Assembly (NCBI GenBank): GCA_964016885.1
Contig: OZ024741.1
Location: 1,488,001 to 1,552,000 of the forward strand
Source of the DNA: Eledone cirrhosa
Taxonomy: Eukaryota
DNA length: 64,000 bases
Direction: 5' to 3'
Part shown: one piece after another, positions 61,627-64,000 of the stretch
How positions within the stretch are numbered: the stretch's first letter is position 1
Layout: the number at the start of each line of letters is the position of its first letter
Made by a program: the position numbers and the translations under genes
Notes under the pieces: model-generated
Database searches by the model: none
Told to the model about the DNA's origin: nothing
What the model saw: the letters and a program-made list of their open reading frames with translations, nothing else

Positions 61627-62576
61627 TCTATATATATAAAACTGTGGTTGTCTGTCTGTCTATCGATTTTTGGCACACATCTCTTAGAATCTCTCACGGA
61701 ATTGCACCGAAATTGCTATACTTGTACATTGAGCCCTAGCGAAGACATCGCGAAAAAAAAAAATTTCAAATTGACCCACCCTATGTGACGAAATCGAATA
61801 TAATGTATCGATTTTTGAGCGTAAGTTATCAGTTATTTCCCTTTGTTCTGTTTACATTGAGCGTCTTACGTAAAAAATTACGCTGACACGAACAGTTGTC
61901 GAGCCAGCAAAATATTGACCTGCAAAATTCATCAGTTCGAACACTAGGCTTCCGTTTTGCTTCATTTCCATTTAAAACTATTTTAAAACAATATTTTTAC
62001 TTGAAAACAAGTCTATTTAAAGACTACGTAAAACAAGCAAATATTTCGTCGTTAGGCGTGCAGACAGACAGTCGTGCAGACAGACAGTCGTGCAGAGAGG
62101 TGGTATACGCGTGCAGACAGACAGTCGTGCAGAGAGGTGATATAGGCGTGCAGACAGACAGTCGTGCAGAGAGGTGATATAGGCGTGCAGACAGACAGTC
62201 GTGCAGAGAGGTGATATAGGCGTGCAGACAGACAGTCGTGCAGAGAGGTGATATAGGCGTGCAGACAGACATAACTGATAATTTGGTTACGCTAATGTTT
62301 TTCTCTGCGTTGCAGTGTTTACATTTTCGATCTTTGTTAATAAATAACCAGTGCAGTTTCTATCCCCAGCATCCCCTTTTGTTATAACATTCGGGTTATC
62401 GTTATGTTTTCTTAACTTCATAAGGCATATTGTTGGTTGAGGGAATATTAATCAAAAACATCACATGCAAGTCTGCACAGTAGACACTACAGTTTTTAAG
62501 CCAAGAAAGAAACTTAACATTGTAACTTTAACACAGCTACTGAGCGACCCCGAGCAACGCCGGGCTTTACTGCTAG
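61627..62576 (+). mobile_element. Non-autonomous Helitron, copy 1 (950 bp)
   Basis: Begins TCTATATATATAAAA after an A. It has a 3' GC-rich hairpin CCCGAGCAACGCCGGG (62549-62564) 12 nt before a terminal CTAG, and no RepHel ORF. Confidence 0.88.
62054..62270. repeat. 37-bp minisatellite AGGCGTGCAGACAGACAGTCGTGCAGAGAGGTGATAT inside Helitron copy 1 (5 units)
   Basis: Directly counted from the GAGAGGTG landmark. Confidence 0.93.
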
Positions 62577-63482
62577 TCTATATATATAAAACTGTGGTTG
62601 TCTGTCTGTCTATCGATTTTTGGCACACATCTCCTCTTAGAATCTCTCACGGAATTGCACCGAAATTGCTATACTTGTACATTGAGCCCTAGCGAAGACA
62701 TCGGAAAAAAAAAATTTCAAATTGACCCACCCTATGTGACGAAATCGAATATAATGTATCGATTTTTGAGCGTAAGTTATCAGTTATTTCCCTTTGTTCT
62801 GTTTACATTGAGCGTCTTACGTAAAAAATTACGCTGGCTTTCTCAGCGTTTAAAATATTGACCTGCAAAATTCATCAGTTCGAACACTAAGCTTCCGTTT
62901 TGCTTCATTTCCATTTAAAAGCATTTTAAAACAATATTTTTACTTGAAAACAAGTCTATTTAAAGACTACGTAAAACAAGCAAATATTTCGTCGTTAGGC
63001 GTGCAGACAGACAGTCGTGCAGACAGACAGTCGTGCAGAGAGGTGATATACGCGTGCAGACAGATAGTCGTGCAGAGAGGTGATATAGGCGTGCAGACAG
63101 ATAGTCGTGCAGAGAGGTGATATAGGCGTGCAGACAGACAGTCGTGCAGAGAGGTGATATAGGCGTGCAGACAGACATAACTGATAATTTGGTTACGCTA
63201 ATGTTTTTCTCTGCGTTGCAGTGTTTACATTTTCGATCTTTGTTAATAAATAACCAGTGCAGTTTCTATCCCCAGCATCCTCTTTTGTTATAACATTCGG
63301 GTTATCGTTATGTTTTCTTAACTTCATAAGGCATATTGTTGGTTGAGGGAATATTAATCAAAAACACCACATGCAAGTCTGCACAGTAGACACTACAGTT
63401 TTTAAGCCAAGAAAGAAACTTAACATTGTAACTTTAACACAGCTACTGAGCGACCCCGAGCAACGCCGGGCTTTACTGCTAG
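62577..63482 (+). mobile_element. Non-autonomous Helitron, copy 2 (906 bp), head-to-tail with copy 1
   Basis: Same TC start, same hairpin, and a CTAG end followed by T. Near-identical to copy 1. Confidence 0.88.
62997..63176. repeat. Same 37-bp minisatellite inside Helitron copy 2 (4 units)
   Basis: Directly counted. It is one unit shorter than in copy 1. Confidence 0.93.
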
Positions 63483-63526
63483 TATGCTTTATTTATCGAC
63501 CTCGAAATGATGAAATCCAAGTTGAA
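63483..63526 (-). mobile_element. Degenerate SINE remnant related to 13354-13485
   Basis: CTTTATTTATCGACCTCGAAATGATGAAATCCAAGTTGAAC aligns by eye with CTTTATTTTATCGACCCCGTAAGGATGAAAGGCAAAGTCAAC at 13413-13454. Confidence 0.6.
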
Positions 63527-63664
63527 CTGCCAACCTTCTACCGTCTCAATTCCTCACATAAACATACGAAATATTGATACAAAAATATTAAAAAAGCAGA
63601 TTAAATTATACGTTCGGTTGGCTGCCGAGTCCCTGCTGCCGAGGTTCTGCTGCCGAGGTCCTGC

Positions 63665-63910
63665 TGGCTGCGGAGGCCCAGCTGCCCACCAAGACCAACC
63701 CGGTCAACTGTCCAAGTGTTGGCCGGTCTCTGATAGGTTTGTGGTAGAGCCTGTAGCAGTGGAGACTTCCGTCATTCTTGACCACATCCCTACTCATTGC
63801 TATGGGAGCGGAATTGGCAGCCCGCCGGTGCGATCCCCAAGAAGTGGAGTGGCTGTTCCAGCACGCCTCTCTCGCCGTCCCCCGAGGGTAATGTATTCTC
63901 CCCCCTGACG
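63665..63910 (+). pseudogene. Decayed 3' end of an RLE-type (CRE-like) non-LTR retrotransposon ORF
   Basis: DRFVVEPVAVETSVIL (from 63732), then after a frameshift CDPQEVEWLFQHASLAVPRG with GGTAAT (GN) one base off. This resembles the CRE-clade C-terminal pattern FxPxAVETxG...DPRExxxLxQRxSxAVQRGN. Recognition is from memory only. Confidence 0.6.
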
Positions 63911-64000
63911 GCCGGGCCCAGAGTTGGAGAGTATGTTAGTTAGTATTGGAGGATACTCGTGCTGCCGTCGCGTTCTCTCTTTTGTTTTATATTTATCGTC

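Noticed and set aside
63507-63908. 133-aa ORF as a functional gene
   Set aside because: It is chimeric across a SINE remnant, AT-rich spacer and frameshifted retroelement relic.

Overview
Eukaryotic, gene-free, repeat-dominated DNA. The SINE and microsatellite style suggests an octopus or other cephalopod genome (inference). A ~13.3 kb 48/49-bp satellite (1-13255) and a ~40 kb G/T-rich pentamer satellite (21541-61568) enclose an ~8 kb transposon island. The island holds a tRNA-type SINE fragment and a full-length, open two-ORF L1/Tx1-like retrotransposon (ORF1 with a CCHC knuckle; ORF2 with APE, RT and a C-terminal zinc finger). A 133-bp copy of the element's own 3' end sits directly upstream of it, and all junctions fall in TCTA repeats. 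Immediately downstream is a complete type I hammerhead ribozyme on the minus strand. A 21-bp inverted repeat pair brackets this whole block. The window ends with a precise head-to-tail dimer of a non-autonomous Helitron (A|TC...CTAG|TC...CTAG|T) and a decayed CRE-like retroelement 3' end. Almost all other ORFs in the track are translations of repeats.
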